A stretch of DNA of 64,000 nucleotides, from the NCBI GenBank assembly GCA_964016885.1, contig OZ024744.1:60512001-60576000 (forward strand), given 5' to 3'. The notes below the pieces were generated by a model. The model saw only the letters and a list, made by a program, of their open reading frames with translations. It was not told the origin of the DNA and made no database searches. This DNA comes from Eledone cirrhosa (lineage: Eukaryota). Each line of letters begins with the position of its first letter. The stretch's first letter is position 1. Positions 52,314-64,000 of the stretch are shown piece by piece. The position numbers were made by a program, and so were the translations under genes.

Positions 52314-54582
52314 GTAAGTTGGAACTTCTACACATGTACTTTCTCTTTTATGTGTGTTTCTTTTTAATATGTAAGTTAAAATATTTTGATTAATCATATT
52401 GACCCTAGTCTTTTAGTATGTTATGTATTTTATTGATCTCTGTTTGTCAAACTGCTAAGTAAAGGAACATATAAATAAATACTGGTTGTTAAGCATTGTC
52501 AACGTAAATACAAACATTTACATATGAATATATATGTGTGTGTGAAGGCATGTAGCTTAGTTGTTAGAGCGTTCAGCTCACAATCATAAGGTTCTGAGTT
52601 CGAATCCTGGGCCAGATGGTGCATTTTGTCCTTGAGCAAGACATTTAGCTATAGAAATGAGTTGTGACATCACTGGTGCCAAGATGTATTGGCCACTGCC
52701 TTTCCCTTAGACAACATTGGTGGCATGGAGAGGGGAGATTGGCATGCATGAGTGACTGCTGGTCTTCCACAAATACACCTTGCCCTGGTTTGTGCCTCGG
52801 AGAACTTTCCAAGAGCAAAACTATGATCATTCATGACTGATGGTGGTCTATGATATATATATATAATGTGTACGTATGTATAATGGGCTTCCACACAGTT
52901 TCTGTCTACCAAAAAATTTCACTCACCAAGTATTTGTCAATCTGAGACTATAATAGGAGACACTTGCCAAAAGACACCACACAGTGGGGCAGGAACCAAA
53001 CCAATGTGGTTGCAAAATAAACTCTTTAACCATACAGCTATGCCTGCGCTTGCGTTTGCATACAGGTTTGTTTGTTCCCCAAAACATGCTGCTGGACTCA
53101 ATATGCTATGACACGAAGGGGGGGGGGGGTACTTGGGGAATTTTTTGTGAAATTTGAAGTCTTAAAAGTAAGAAAGGTTGAGAATGAAAGGAGGTTCTTG
53201 AGAATGGGATTAAGCCACTGTGTTGTGGTTGGCAACAGCAATAGTGATGTTGGCAAGTGGATTAATGTCAAAGAGCCTTTATAGATCTTCGCAAACTTTT
53301 TATGGGGTAGTAGACTTAATATTTCACTCAGTTTAACTTCGGACCCTGGCCATTGGGTTAATATTTCACTCAGTTTAACTTCGGACCCTGGCCATTGGGT
53401 GTCTTTAGCTGAGCACATTTTGTTGTTGAATTATAGACTTATTCTGACACCCAGTTTAACACCTTCACCTGATCCTTTAGTGCATTTAGTGGTGTCTACT
53501 CAGATGCAAATATTTGGACCAGGTCTCTGTTTGAGGATACTTTCTTCTTCTTTCTTTCCCACCAGTCAGGGAGACCCTGAAGAGAATCAGGGGCACTGAC
53601 GCTCACTCCCTGACTAAAAAGTATTGAAAAAAAATAACTAAAGACATCATTGGAGTGGAGAAGTGGCAATTGAAGGTGTAAAATGGACAAGAAAGAAGTA
53701 TCAAGCTATATAAGATGAGCTATGAGTGTAACAATGTCGGTTGTTAGTATAAAGAGCACACTGTAGGGAGGTTTCCAAAGATTGAGATAGATCCTTGTAG
53801 GATTAGAAATATTGAAAAGTATAGTGACATCACAGCTATCACCATAGTGTACCACTTGAGGGTCATAGAAGGAACTTGATCAAAGCCAGTAACCATAGGT
53901 GTATGTGTGATTACCATGAAATTGTGATAATTTAATTACATGAATAGAGAGGGTGTCAGTTGTGAGTATATGTTCTATATGCAATTGCTATATATAGAGA
54001 GATATATCATGTGTGGTTAAGATTTTCACTTAAGAACCATTTTTTTTTTGGCTTAGTTTCTCACTCTATAGCACAGTATTTTTGGCAAATGTCTTCTACC
54101 ATAACTCCAGGCCAATCATTGCCTTGTGAGTGAAATTGGTAGATGGAAACTGTAGAAAGCCTGTTATATATATATATATGAGTGTGTGTGTATGAGGGGG
54201 GCTGCTGTACAGTAGCATATCAGTTCCATTTATTAAAGAAGCTAGTGGTGACATTGTTTATAACCCTCATAAATAATACATCATGGGGTTTAATGGTTTG
54301 ACAAACATTAGTGGTATATATATGCTTTGGGACTGCCTCAAACAATTCGATTGGTATCTGCTATATTGCGGCTACAACTCTGAGGTGGTTTGGCAGTATC
54401 AGTAGAACATCAGACACCATGCTTTGCAGCATAGAGTTATGGCCCTTTACGTTCTGAGTTCAAATCCCGCTGAGGTTAGCTTTACCTTTGATCCTTACAG
54501 GGTCGATAAAATAAAGTACCAGTAATATACTGGGGTAATTGTTCGCCTTGTGCCAAAAGTACAAACATTATTATATATATAT

Positions 54583-55330
54583 ATGAAAAGCAGACTGTAT
54601 GATGCGTGTATCCGAACAGAAATGTTACATGGTAGTGAGACCTGGGCGCTGAAGGTGGAAGACTTACGTAGATTAGAGAGAAACGAAGCCTGCATGCTCT
54701 GATGGATGTGTAACAGTAATATACGTGAACGACAAAGCATAAATGAATTGAGAGAGAGACTGAGCATAAGAGGAATCAAATGCTGTGTGCAGGAGAGGCG
54801 GTTGTGTTGGTATGGACATGTGATGCGTATGAAGGATGACAGCTGCATAAAAAGGTGCAGATCACTAGAAGTCGATGGAAACCGCGGAGTGGGGAGACCC
54901 AAGATGACCTGAGATGAGGTGATAAAAGCCGACCTTACACCTCTCAAAGGCGATGACACATGACCGTGACCTCTGGCGTCACGCAGTAATACAGAGTACC
55001 CGACCTCCCATGGGTACAAGCTGAAGCATATGGACAATATGCCCCCACACCCTCCCACTGCAAGGTGGTCGTGGAGGTGCCACGGCAAAAAAGCACCCAG
55101 CCCACACTGTAAAGTGGACGTGTAGGTGCCACGAAAAAGCACCCAGCACTCACTGTAAATGAGGTTGGTGTTAGGAAGGGCATCCAACTGTAGAAATCAA
55201 GCCAAATCAGTTCCTGTATGAGCAAGGCATGGTCAGCCGACCAGACACTGCCCACAACAGGACAACTCGTCTAACCCATGCTAGCGTGGAAGAACGGACG
55301 TAAAACGGTGATGATGATGATGATGATGAT
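54583..55330 (+). mobile_element. RTE family A 3' part
   Basis: Starts at a (TA)n tract; C-terminal motifs; (GAT)n tail. Confidence 0.9.
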
Positions 55331-55481
55331 ATATATATGTATAAATTTAGAATAAAGTATACATTACACTTAACTACTAGGTGTCTATATTTAAAGCTGT
55401 ACTAGAAAATATTACATTAATGTTTTTAAAAAGACTTTGAAGCCTGTACCTTCATTACTTTTTATGGTTATCAATTTCTAG

Positions 55482-55556
55482 GATATGCACACTTATGGTG
55501 GGTCATTTGTATATCATCTTGGTGAGGGAGAACCACTTCTAGTTGTGGGATATGTG
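55482..55556 (+). CDS. ETFDH: ETFDH coding exon H
   Basis: ttctag|...|gtaagt; [25 protein letters not shown]. Confidence 0.97.
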
Positions 55557-55616
55557 GTAAGTAATTTACACACGTTTTTGTTTTCTTTTTTTACATGTTT
55601 CTTACGTAAATAAGAG

Positions 55617-55690
<74 letters not shown>

Positions 55691-57137
55691 AATATTAAGC
55701 AAGCAAACCAATCAAAGAGGAGAGAAAAGTGATTAGTTAAGAAACAAGTTGTCAGCCAGTAAATATGCATATTCAAAAATTTGTTGTTGTTTTCTCTAAC
55801 ATTTAATACATGCTATATATATATATATATATATATATAGTAGCTACTCTCTCTACCCTTTGTTCAACCCCCACTAACACCCTTTACGTCCTCTAAAGAC
55901 GTTAGATAGCCTCACTATTGTACCCTAGTTGCTACTCTCTCTATCCTGTTCACCCCCATTACCATCCTGTACCACCTCACTACCCCCTTTCCTATCTTTC
56001 CATATGACCAAACCCTTCTCTATCGAGCATATTCCCCACTCCACTATATCCTCTCTCCTCATACACTAACCAACTACACCTACGGCTTATCCCTACCTAT
56101 CTCCATCATGCCCCACCCATACCAAATTGACCACATCCCTCACACCACTACATCCCCATACACAAATCAGACACCCCTACCCATCCTCAAACACTTATAA
56201 CTTAATACCTATCTCCCTCCCCTATTGCCCCCCCCCTTCCCCAGCTGAGAGATATCTAAATTGAGTCTTTGAGCAACAATCTTTCTAGTGATGGTTCCAG
56301 GAAAATGCACCCAGTATAATCTGTATGGGTGGTTGGCGGCAGGAAGGGCACCTTGCTGTAGAAACCATGTCTAAATGGGTTGAGAGGATCCCATCAGCTG
56401 TGTCAAAGACTCCACAGCCTCTTTAGTGTTGGTGATCTACACAATAAAAGCACCCAGTACACGCTGTTAAGTGGTTGATGTAAGGAAGACACAACTTCTC
56501 CTCAGCACTACGTAAGCAAGATACAGACTTCTTCAGCCTGTCTGGGACGTCTATGACCCCGCTTCAGTACTGACTTGGTCGTTCTAGACCCATCCAACCC
56601 ATGCTAGCAGGGAAAGTAGATGTTTGATGATGGTGATGATATATGTATATATCATCATCACCGTTTAACATCCATTTTTCCAAGCTAGCATGGGTTAGAC
56701 GAGTTGTCCTGTTGTGAGAAATGACAGGTCAGGTGACCATGTCTTGATTATACAGAACTGATTTTGGCTTGGTTTCAACAGCTAAGATAGATGCCGTTCC
56801 TAATGTCAACCACATTTATAGAGAGTACTGAGTGCTTTTTGTTATGACACCTACACAACCACTTTACAGTGTGGGATATATATATACACAGAGAGAGATT
56901 TATGTATTGCTAGTATTTATTATTTCATATTCAAATCAAATGCTCAACTTGTTATCTCTTGAAAATCCCTCATCAGAGTTTGATACCTAAAAACAGAAAC
57001 CAATGATGCTCCAATGGTAGAAAGAGAGACTATATCCTAAAATAATCTTAATGTCATCCATTATTCAGTGCAAAGACTGTTCATGGGACAGAAAACATTA
57101 ACCGCCTGACAAAAAACTAAAACAAAAAACAGATTAA

Positions 57138-57372
57138 CCCAGTTGATACCAAATCACTTGAAACTGTCTCTGGCTTTATGATAGAAAGCTATTTATTTTA
57201 AGTGCTCATATATAAATTTAAACTCTCATCATAATTTTATGTAAGAAAATTTTGTTAAGCTAGTTTTCAAATATTAACTTAATAATGAAAACATTAGTTA
57301 CATTATTAAATCTCATCAAATTCTTGAAAATCTTAGACAGTGTTTCTGATTGGAAATATGATAACAAAAGGG
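57138..57372. mobile_element. piggyBac-type non-autonomous repeat
   Basis: TTAA|CCC...GGG|TTAA; relatives near 10600, 11836-12592 (interrupted), 34233-34425, 41395-42055, 43435, 50915, 51286-51940, 60786-61026. Confidence 0.65.
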
Positions 57373-57441
57373 TTAATTATCTCAATTTATTTATATTTTG
57401 TGTTGCTTTCTTTATTTACCTAATTTTAAAAAAATATTTAG

Positions 57442-57585
57442 GTAGCATTGGACTATCAGAACCCATATTTAAATCCATTTAGAGAGTTCCAAAGATTCAA
57501 GACACACCCTAGCATCAGAAAGGTGTTGGAAGGAGGAACAAGAATAGCATATGGTGCCAGAGCTTTAAACGAAGGTGGCCTTCAG
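57442..57585 (+). CDS. ETFDH: ETFDH coding exon I
   Basis: atttag|...|gtataa; [48 protein letters not shown]. Confidence 0.98.
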
Positions 57586-58179
57586 GTATAACTATTTCCT
57601 TGCATTCTTGTCTTATTGTTGTTGCTGTGGTTGTTGTTTTTGCTTTTGATGTTGTTGTAATGTGATTAATTAAAACAGTCATTACAGTATCAGATTAAAT
57701 GCCTCATTGTATTTGTTCCAACTCGGCACCCTGAGTTCAAATCCCACCGAAGTCAGCTTTGCCTTTCGTCCTTTCAATGTCAATAAATAAGTACCACTCT
57801 CTAGACATGGTGGATTGACAAATTTATCAAAATTATTAGAGCATCAGACATGGTTCTTGATAATTTGCTGAATATCTTTCAAGCCTTTTGCAATCTGAGT
57901 TCACCTACGACACTAGTGCCAAATTATATCCACCTTTGCCTTTCCCTTAAACAATATGGGTGGCATGAAGTGAGAAGGAAAATTGCATGTATGGGTTTTC
58001 AAAAATACAAAACCTAGGTCTATGCTTTCAAAAAGAACTATCCAAGAGCAAATTCATGTTCTCATGAAAAATACGGAGGTCCCTGATATATGTTGTTGTT
58101 GTTGCTGTCATTGTTGTTTAGCTCCAAATCAAGCATAATTTAAAGGTACTCTTTCTCACAACATCTGTCACAACAATAA

Positions 58180-59080
58180 TCTGGAGAGTGAACATAGCTA
58201 AGACAAAGGTGTTGATTAGTAGAAAAGAGGACAAAACTCTGATTCCACTGGGGAAACGGCCATATTCGATATGTAGAAAAGGAACTGGCATAAATTCCAT
58301 AAAATGTACGCAATGCAGATCTTGGGTACACAAGAGATGTAGTCGGATAGCAGGAAAACTAACAGGCAGGGAAAATTACATATGCAGTAGATGTTCAGGG
58401 AAAGTTGGCAGTAGTAATCACAGTGATAGATATATTGATATATTTTCCGAATGCAGGTGGGTTCTATAGAAGTGGTGGATAGCTTCCGGTACCTAAGTGA
58501 ACAGATTAGCATATGGGGGGGGGTTCCGGGGCCATAGTATCTAGAATAAGGACGGGTTGGAAGAAGTTTAGGGAGCTGCTTCCTCTGTTGACAAAGAAGG
58601 GTTTCTCCCTGCATATGAAAGGACGGTTATATGATGCCTGTGTGAGATGCGCGATGCTGCATGGTAGTGAGACATGGGCAGCAACTGCAGAGGATATGCA
58701 ACGGCTGGAGAGAAATGAGGCAAGCATGCTCTGTTGGATGTGCAATGTCAATGTGCGAGAACGACCAAAGCATAGATAAGTTGAGAAAGAAACTGAGTAT
58801 AAGAGGGATAAGTTGTGGTGTGCAGGAGAGAAGACTGAGATGGTATGGACATGTGATGCGCATGGAGGATGACCAAAGAGTGGGTAAAGAGTGGCAAGAA
58901 ATCCCAGTAGAAGGAAGACGCAATAGAGGAAGACCACAAAAAACATGGGTGGAGGTGGTGAGAGCAGACCTCAGATCACTGAAACTCACGGAGATGACGA
59001 AGGACCGTGACAAGTGGAGAGATGCTGTGCTGAATAGGACCCATCTCACTCTTGCAAGACGTAAAATGATGATGATGATG
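58180..59080 (+). mobile_element. RTE family A-related subfamily, 3' part
   Basis: KKFRELLPLL, MKGRLYDACVR, GRPQKTW; short 3' UTR and (GAT)n tail. Confidence 0.88.
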
Positions 59081-59840
59081 GTGTTTCCTTTCATTTTTCT
59101 AAGAAGTGTGTGATTTGTGAAAGATTTTGCTATTTCCCATGAGAATGATCATAGGTGATGAATAGGCAGTGTTTTTAGAACATCAGATTAAATGTCTTGA
59201 TATCTTTTCCAATTCACTGTACTCTGAGTTCAAATCTCATTATGGTCAACTTTGCCTTTCATCTTTTCATGATTGATAAATAAAGTAGCAAACAAAGGGC
59301 AATGGATTAGCAGAATCATAAAATGCTTCATGGTATATGTTCCAAGTTTCTGCATACTGAGTTCATATCATGTCTCCTATCACTGAAAAAGCAATGATGC
59401 TACCTCTTCACCAACAGGCTGGCCTCTCGTGGGAACTGTGATGGTGGCAGTGGTGGCAATGGCAGTGCTGTTGTTATTGATGGTGATGGTGCTCTTGTTA
59501 TTGTTGTTGTTTTTGGGTATACAAAGCTTACATTTATTGAGATGGATGCAAAAACCTTAAATGATGTTGGGTTGGCCATGTAATAGTAGTGGATGGTAGC
59601 TACAATAGAGATAGGTGGTCTGATGATAATTGATGGTAGCTGGCATAGTGGTATGTGATGGTAGTCATTGTAGTGATCATATCATCATCATCATCGTTTA
59701 ACATTCATTTTCCACGCTAGTATGGGTTAGAAAGGTTGTCCCATTTGAAGCAAGTTGGGTCAGGTTACCATGTCTTGATCATATAGGACTGTTTTGGGAT
59801 AGGTTTCTACAACTGGTTGCCCTTCCTAACACCAACCACA

Positions 59841-60445
59841 TTTACAGTGAGTACTGGGTGCTTTTTGTCATGACACCTACATGACAACTTTACAGTGAGT
59901 ACTGGGTGCTTTTTGTCATGACATCTACATGACCACTTTACAGTGAGTACTGGGTGCTTTTTGTCATGACATATACATGACCACTTTACAGTAAGAACTG
60001 GGTGCTTTTTGTCATGACACCTACATGACAACTTTACAGTGAGTACTGGGTGCTTTTTGTCATGACATATACATGACCACTTTACAGTGAGTACTGGGTG
60101 CTTTTTGTCATGACACCTGCATGACAACTTTACAGTGAGTACTGGGTGCTTTTTGTCATGACATCTACATGACCACTTTACAGTGAGTACTGGGTGCTTT
60201 TTGTCATGACATCTACATGACCACTTTACAGTGAGTACTGGGTGCTTTTTGTCATGACACCTACATGACAACTTTACAGTGAGTACTGGGTGCTTTTTGT
60301 CATGACATATACATGACCACTTTACAGTGAGTACTGGGTGCTTTTTGTCATGACATATACATGACCACTTTACAGTGAGTACTGGGTGGTTTTTTGTCAT
60401 GATACGTAGATGACCACTATACAGTGTGGGTTGGGTGCTTTTTTG
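59841..60445. repeat. 48-nt minisatellite (about 12.5 units) expanded from the RTE 3' UTR
   Basis: Unit tttacagtgagtactgggtgctttttgtcatgacacctacatgaccac; continues the RTE 3' end at 59680-59840(-). Confidence 0.95.
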
Positions 60446-60521
60446 TTAGTTATGTAAAACATATGACATTACATCTCCCAGTGTTATAATTCAACTGAAT
60501 GATTGTTCTTGTTTCTTGAAG

Positions 60522-60684
60522 TCAATACCAAAGCTTACATTCCCTGGTGGCTGTCTCACAGGCTGCAGTCCTGGATTTATGAATGTACCAAAGATTAAAG
60601 GAACCCACAATGCCATGAAATCAGGGATGATGGCAGCTGATGCTGTCTTTGATATCATTGCAGAGGATCCAGATTCTGCAACAG
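60522..60684 (+). CDS. ETFDH: ETFDH coding exon J (last in window)
   Basis: ttgaag|...|gtaaaa; [54 protein letters not shown]. Confidence 0.97.
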
Positions 60685-61514
60685 GTAAAAGTTATTGTCT
60701 TTTTAAATAGAATTTTTAAAATCATTTTTCTTTGCTTTTCGTCTTTATTTCATTATTAAATGATAAGTCAGAAAGATATTTACTACCTTTTGATACCAAA
60801 CTGCCTGAAAATGCCCCTGGTTCTATGATACAAAACTGTTTATTTTAAAGTATTTATATTTATCTAAAAAGTTTCCATCATAATTTTATGTAAGAACCTT
60901 TTTTACGTTATGTTCCAAATAATGAGAACATCAGTTATTTTACTATCTCCTTCTAAATTCTTGGTTATTTTAAAATTTATTTGAAAATCATTGGCAGTGT
61001 CTTTTAAGTATGATAACAAAAGGGTTAGATATGTTTCTAAAAGTCACAATGGCAGTGGATATGAGCAAGATTCACAACACATAACATTGTTTGCTTCAAT
61101 TTGCATGACTAAGAAGATTCTGAACCTTTCTTATTTATATGGAATTTCATGTCAGAATGAAGTAGAATTATATTTATTTGATTAAGAAGTTCAGTTTACA
61201 ACCACATGGTTTGGGGTTCAGTCCTGCTGCATGGCACCTTGAGTAAGTGTCTTTACTAAAGCATGGGATTAATCAATACTTTGCAGCGAATTTTGGTCAA
61301 TGGAAACTGTAAGAAAGTCAATCATATACAAATACCTTACTAGTAGAGAAAATAAATATTAAATGATGATGGTGATGATAATCAGGATGATGATGATGAT
61401 GATGATGTCAGAGAAATTACCATGCTCAGTATGCAAAAAAGGGCTTGGTAGAAATGAGTAGATAAGGGATGCAGCAGAACCTCAGACAGGCTAACAAAGA
61501 ATGTAGATATTGTA

Positions 61515-62820
61515 TCATCATCATCATCATCATCAACGTTTAACGTCCGTGTTCCACGCTTGCATGGGTTTGGACGGGGGTAGTCCCACTTGAGGCAAGA
61601 GTGATTGTCTTGCTCGCATAGGACTGTCTGGCAGGTTTTCTACAGTTGGATGCCCTTCCTAACACCAACCACATTTACAGTGTGGGTCTGGGAGGTTTTT
61701 ACCGTGTTGCCTACACGGCCACATTACAGCGTGGACTGTGTTTTTTTTTGTCGTGACACCTACACGATCTCATTTGTTTCGGCCTGGATGGCGCGGCACC
61801 AACATAACTTTACATAGAACGGGGTGGTGTGGATGGGGTGGGGGTGGTGGGACGGGGGTGTATTTTGTTAGAGATGCCTACTGGCTGGAGTAGGTTTTAC
61901 TATATATTTAGGTAAGGCGGGTCTTCTCTGTTACTGAGTACCACCAAAGGTCTCGGTCCAGTGACATTGTCTTGGAGAGGTGTAAGTGTGTGATGTCGGA
62001 GTTTATCAGCTCGTCCCAGGTTTTTCTAGGTCTGCCTATTCCGTGACTACCGTCTATCTTTATTGCCCTGCACTTTGTTATACAGCTATCGACTTTCATG
62101 CGCATCACGTGTCCATACCAACGTAGCCTTCTCTCGAGTAAACAACATCTGATCCCTCTTATCTCTAATTTTTTCCTTAGTTCGTTTATGCTTTGCCGTT
62201 CACGTATATTACTGTTACACATCCAGCGGAGCATGCAAGCTTCGTTCCTCTCTAGTCTGCGTATATCCTCTACACACAATGCCCAGGTCTCACTGCCATG
62301 CAGCATTGCTGTTCGTATGCAGGCATCGTACAACCTGCCTTTCATTTTTAGGGAGAACCCTTTAGCAGCTAATAGTGGTATAAGCTCTCTGAACTTTTTC
62401 CAACCAGTTCTGACTCTAGCTACAGTACTTTCAGAGCACCCTCCCCCACTGCTGATTTTATCGCCCAGGTAACGGAAGCTGTCCACTATTTCTATAGAAC
62501 CCTCTGCGCAATTGAAAGAGCTAGTATTTTGTGGGCACTTGCTGCTACTTATTGCACCAGAACACCGGCCACATGTAAAGTCTATGTTCTTAGTTAGCTT
62601 ACCTGTGATCCCACTACATCTTTTATGCACCCATACTTTGCATTTAGGACATAAAATGGAGTTTCTACCTACGCCTTTCCTACACACCGAGCACGACCAT
62701 TTCCCAGAAGGGACCGCCGCCTTGTTTTCTTTCCTACAAACTAGAACTTTGGTCTTAGCCAGGTTAATTTTAAGTCCTTTTGACTCTAGGCCGTGCTTCC
62801 ATGTTTGGAATTTCTTCTCT
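61515..62820 (-). mobile_element. RTE family A, young 5'-truncated copy
   Basis: About 300 uninterrupted codons from KKFQTWKHGL to KTRLT; (CAT)n tail. Confidence 0.93.
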
Positions 62821-63018
62821 GTATGTAGTACATATATGTGTGTGTGTGTCTGTCTGTGTCTATGTTTACATTTATGCCTGTATTCACATTTCATAACTTG
62901 CTGCACCATAAATAAATTAATAAAATTAATACTAGGCTTGAAAAAATAAGTACTGGTGTTGATATGATCAACTAAATCAAGGTGGTGCCCCAGCACTGAA
63001 ACCAATAAAAGAGTGAGG

Positions 63019-63059
<41 letters not shown>

Positions 63060-63069
63060 ATGCTTTAGT

Positions 63070-63900
63070 AAAGAGTTTATACCACTATTGGCCGCTAAAG
63101 GGTTCTCTCTAAAAATGAAAGGCAGGCTGTATGATGCCTGCATACGAACAGCTATGTTACATGGCAGTGAAACATGGGCATTGTGTGCAGAGAATATACG
63201 CAGACTGGAGAGGAACGAAGCTTGCATGCTCCGCTGGATGTGTAATAGTAATATACATGAACGGCAAAGAATAAACGAACTAAGGGAGAAATTAGGAATA
63301 AGAGGGATCAGATGTTGTTTACTCGAGAGAATACTACATTGGTATGGTCATGTGATGCGCATGAAAGACGACAGCCGTATAAAAAAGTGCTGGGCGATAT
63401 AAATAGATGAAAGCTATGGAGTAGGCAGACCCAGAGAAACCTGGGACGACTTGATAAATTCCGACCTTAAACACTTACGCCTCTCCAAGACAATGTCACT
63501 GGACCGAGATCTTGGCGCTACACAGTAATAGAGAAGACCCACCTTGCCTAAGTACAAAGCGAAACCTACAGTCAGTAGGCACCTCTTAACAAAAATACAC
63601 CCCCGTCCCACCACCCCCACCCCATCCACACCACCCCTTCCAATGTAAAGTTATGTTGGTACCACAGCATCCAGTCCTAAATAAATGAGGTCGTGTAGGT
63701 GTCACGACAAAAAGAACACACAGTCTACGCTGTAATGTGGCCGTGTAGGTAACACGGTAAAAACCTCCCAGTCCCACATCCAGCCGTAGAAAACCCACCA
63801 GACAGTCCTGAACAAGACAATCAATCTTACCTCAAGTGCGACAATTCCCATCCAAACCCATGCAAGCGTGGAAGATGGACGTTAAACGATGATGATGATG
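63070..63900 (+). mobile_element. RTE family A 3' part, inverted relative to 61515-62820
   Basis: LKMKGRLYDAC...; (GAT)n tail. Confidence 0.92.
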
Positions 63901-64000
63901 ATTATAATATATATAAATAATAATAATCATCATCCTCATCCTCATCCATATCTTCCTCCATGCTAGCAAATATATATAGTGTCATACCCAATGACTAGCA

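Noticed and set aside
59807-60445. CRISPR-like array or 197-aa repeat protein
   Set aside because: No unique spacers, eukaryotic context, no cas genes; the ORF arises because the 48-nt unit is stop-free in one frame.
61908-63227. 439-aa gene
   Set aside because: Chance fusion of antisense RTE, microsatellite and a truncated RTE ORF.

Overview
Repeat-rich animal genomic DNA, most likely an octopod cephalopod (inferred from the SINE/RTE repeat landscape, not proven). The window is spanned by one + strand gene, ETFDH (ETF-ubiquinone oxidoreductase). Ten coding exons between 6140 and 60684 splice in frame with GT-AG boundaries; the ATG exon and the 3' exons were not found. The introns hold many RTE-clade LINE fragments (the main family has a PHD-like finger inside RT), tRNA-derived SINEs, a complete but decayed 4.1-kb Gypsy LTR element with a -1 frameshift signal, a Penelope-like element, a CRE-clade fragment, Helitron, hAT, Tc1/mariner and piggyBac-type non-autonomous elements, and microsatellites. 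The most notable unexplained structure is a set of sequence-unrelated type I hammerhead ribozyme folds next to (TA)n tracts and inverted repeats. One is complete and on the ETFDH sense strand (2908-2988). Two form a tandem pair 438 nt apart in a retrozyme/pLTR-like unit (19468-19988). Another has a long helix II (45663-45817). All folds were paired by hand and repeat boundaries are approximate.
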